A stretch of DNA of 63,818 nt, counting the filler, from Octopus bimaculoides (Eukaryota): assembly GCF_001194135.2 (NCBI RefSeq). It is 14 parts of 14 records of this genome, joined end to end, with 100 filler letters (N's around TTAATTAATTAA, not from the genome) between each part and the next. Parts side by side here need not be neighbours in the genome. Positions count along the whole stretch, not along the records: positions 62,682 to 63,818 come from NC_068996.1; 13 more parts are not named here. One strand, 5' to 3'. The notes beneath the pieces are model-generated. The model did not search any database, was not told the origin of the DNA, and saw only the letters and a list, made by a program, of their open reading frames with translations. The first letter of the stretch is position 1; the number at the start of each line of letters is the position of its first letter. This document shows, one piece after another, positions 63,116 to 63,818 of the stretch. A program made the translations under genes and the position numbers.

Positions 63116-63297
63116 CTGCCCATAAATAAGTGTGATAATATTTTAAAAGAAACACAAGTGTCACCATCGAGGAAATCTGAGATTACTTCGATGTCTGGTT
63201 TGTCATTCATCTTATGTTCAGTGCCATCTTTATCGATGTAACTTTTGCCGATATGTCTTTGGGTTGTTACATCATAGAAATACAAGTTTTTATGTAC
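63116..63297 (-). CDS. Internal coding exon of an unidentified gene (60 codons + 2 nt, phase 0 to phase 2)
   Basis: Long T-rich tract then atgcAG|GTACAT acceptor and ggcag|GTATGT donor. Open frame VHKNLYFYDVTTQRHIGKSYIDKDGTEHKMNDKPDIEVISDFLDGDTCVSFKILSHLFMG with protein-like composition. Family not recognised. Confidence 0.6.
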
Positions 63298-63367
63298 CTG
63301 CATAATCACAAAAAAAAACAAAACAAAACAAAAAAAAAACAATATGAATAAAATGTCATGCGGTTGG

Positions 63368-63535
63368 TTTTTAAGTCGGTGAGCTGGCAGAACTGTTAGC
63401 GCGCCAGGCAAAATGTTTAGCAGCATTTCCTTTGCCCTTACGTTCTGAGTTCAAATTCCATCAAGGTCGACTTGGCCTTTCATCTTTTTAACGGCGGTGC
63501 ATCAGCATGGCCGCAGCTCTGAGCTGAAACTACAG
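63368..63535 (+). mobile_element. SINE group C head with group A-type tail
   Basis: gagctggcagaactgttagcgcgcc ... gagttcaaattcc ... ggcggtgcatcagcatggccgcag. Confidence 0.7.
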
Positions 63536-63818
63536 CAAAAAAAAAAAAAAAAAAACTTGAAAATAGAGCAAGAAATTGAGCTGCTACACCTGTGGCAGTA
63601 GGATAGATGAATGGACTTTCTATTCAGAAGGCATGAGATAACAGACAATACTGCAACTACAATAAATAATAGAGATTGCTTCTTCTTAGGAGGATACTCC
63701 TAAGTACGGTGGCACCGAGCACAAATGGAACCGCAGACAAAAACTCATTCTGTTTTCATTGTCAAAATGTAAGAGACGCAAGAACTTTCTCTCTCCATCC
63801 GAAACTGGTGGCAACATC

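Noticed and set aside
1-63818. CRISPR arrays, prokaryotic operons, rRNA or horizontally acquired bacterial genes
   Set aside because: None seen. ACOT has metazoan-type motifs, a eukaryotic acceptor site and host-like base composition.

Overview
AT-rich, gap-riddled eukaryotic genomic DNA. The SINE families, extreme microsatellite load and LINE complement suggest an octopus genome (inferred, not proven). One complete gene is supported: a single-coding-exon acyl-CoA thioesterase/BAAT-family gene on the minus strand (57305-58660) with an intact Ser-Asp-His triad and a probable mitochondrial presequence. A cleanly bounded, unidentified 182-nt coding-type exon lies 4.4 kb upstream (63116-63297). 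If spliced to the ACOT acceptor it would end at a UGA-C codon three codons before, and in frame with, the ACOT ATG. That makes a candidate dicistronic or readthrough unit. A Cys-rich sushi/CCP-like exon (53262-53372) has a degenerate paralog nearby and weaker echoes at 4.4-4.7 and 7.7-7.9 kb, all on the minus strand. The rest is mobile DNA: about 11 R4/Dong-clade LINE fragments, most abutting (TAA)n tracts and three times in head-to-tail tandem, plus RTE, CR1 and Penelope-like remnants. There are also hammerhead-ribozyme-like motifs, three modular tRNA-derived SINE groups, several MITEs and many microsatellites. Repeat boundaries are approximate, read by eye, and no database search was run.
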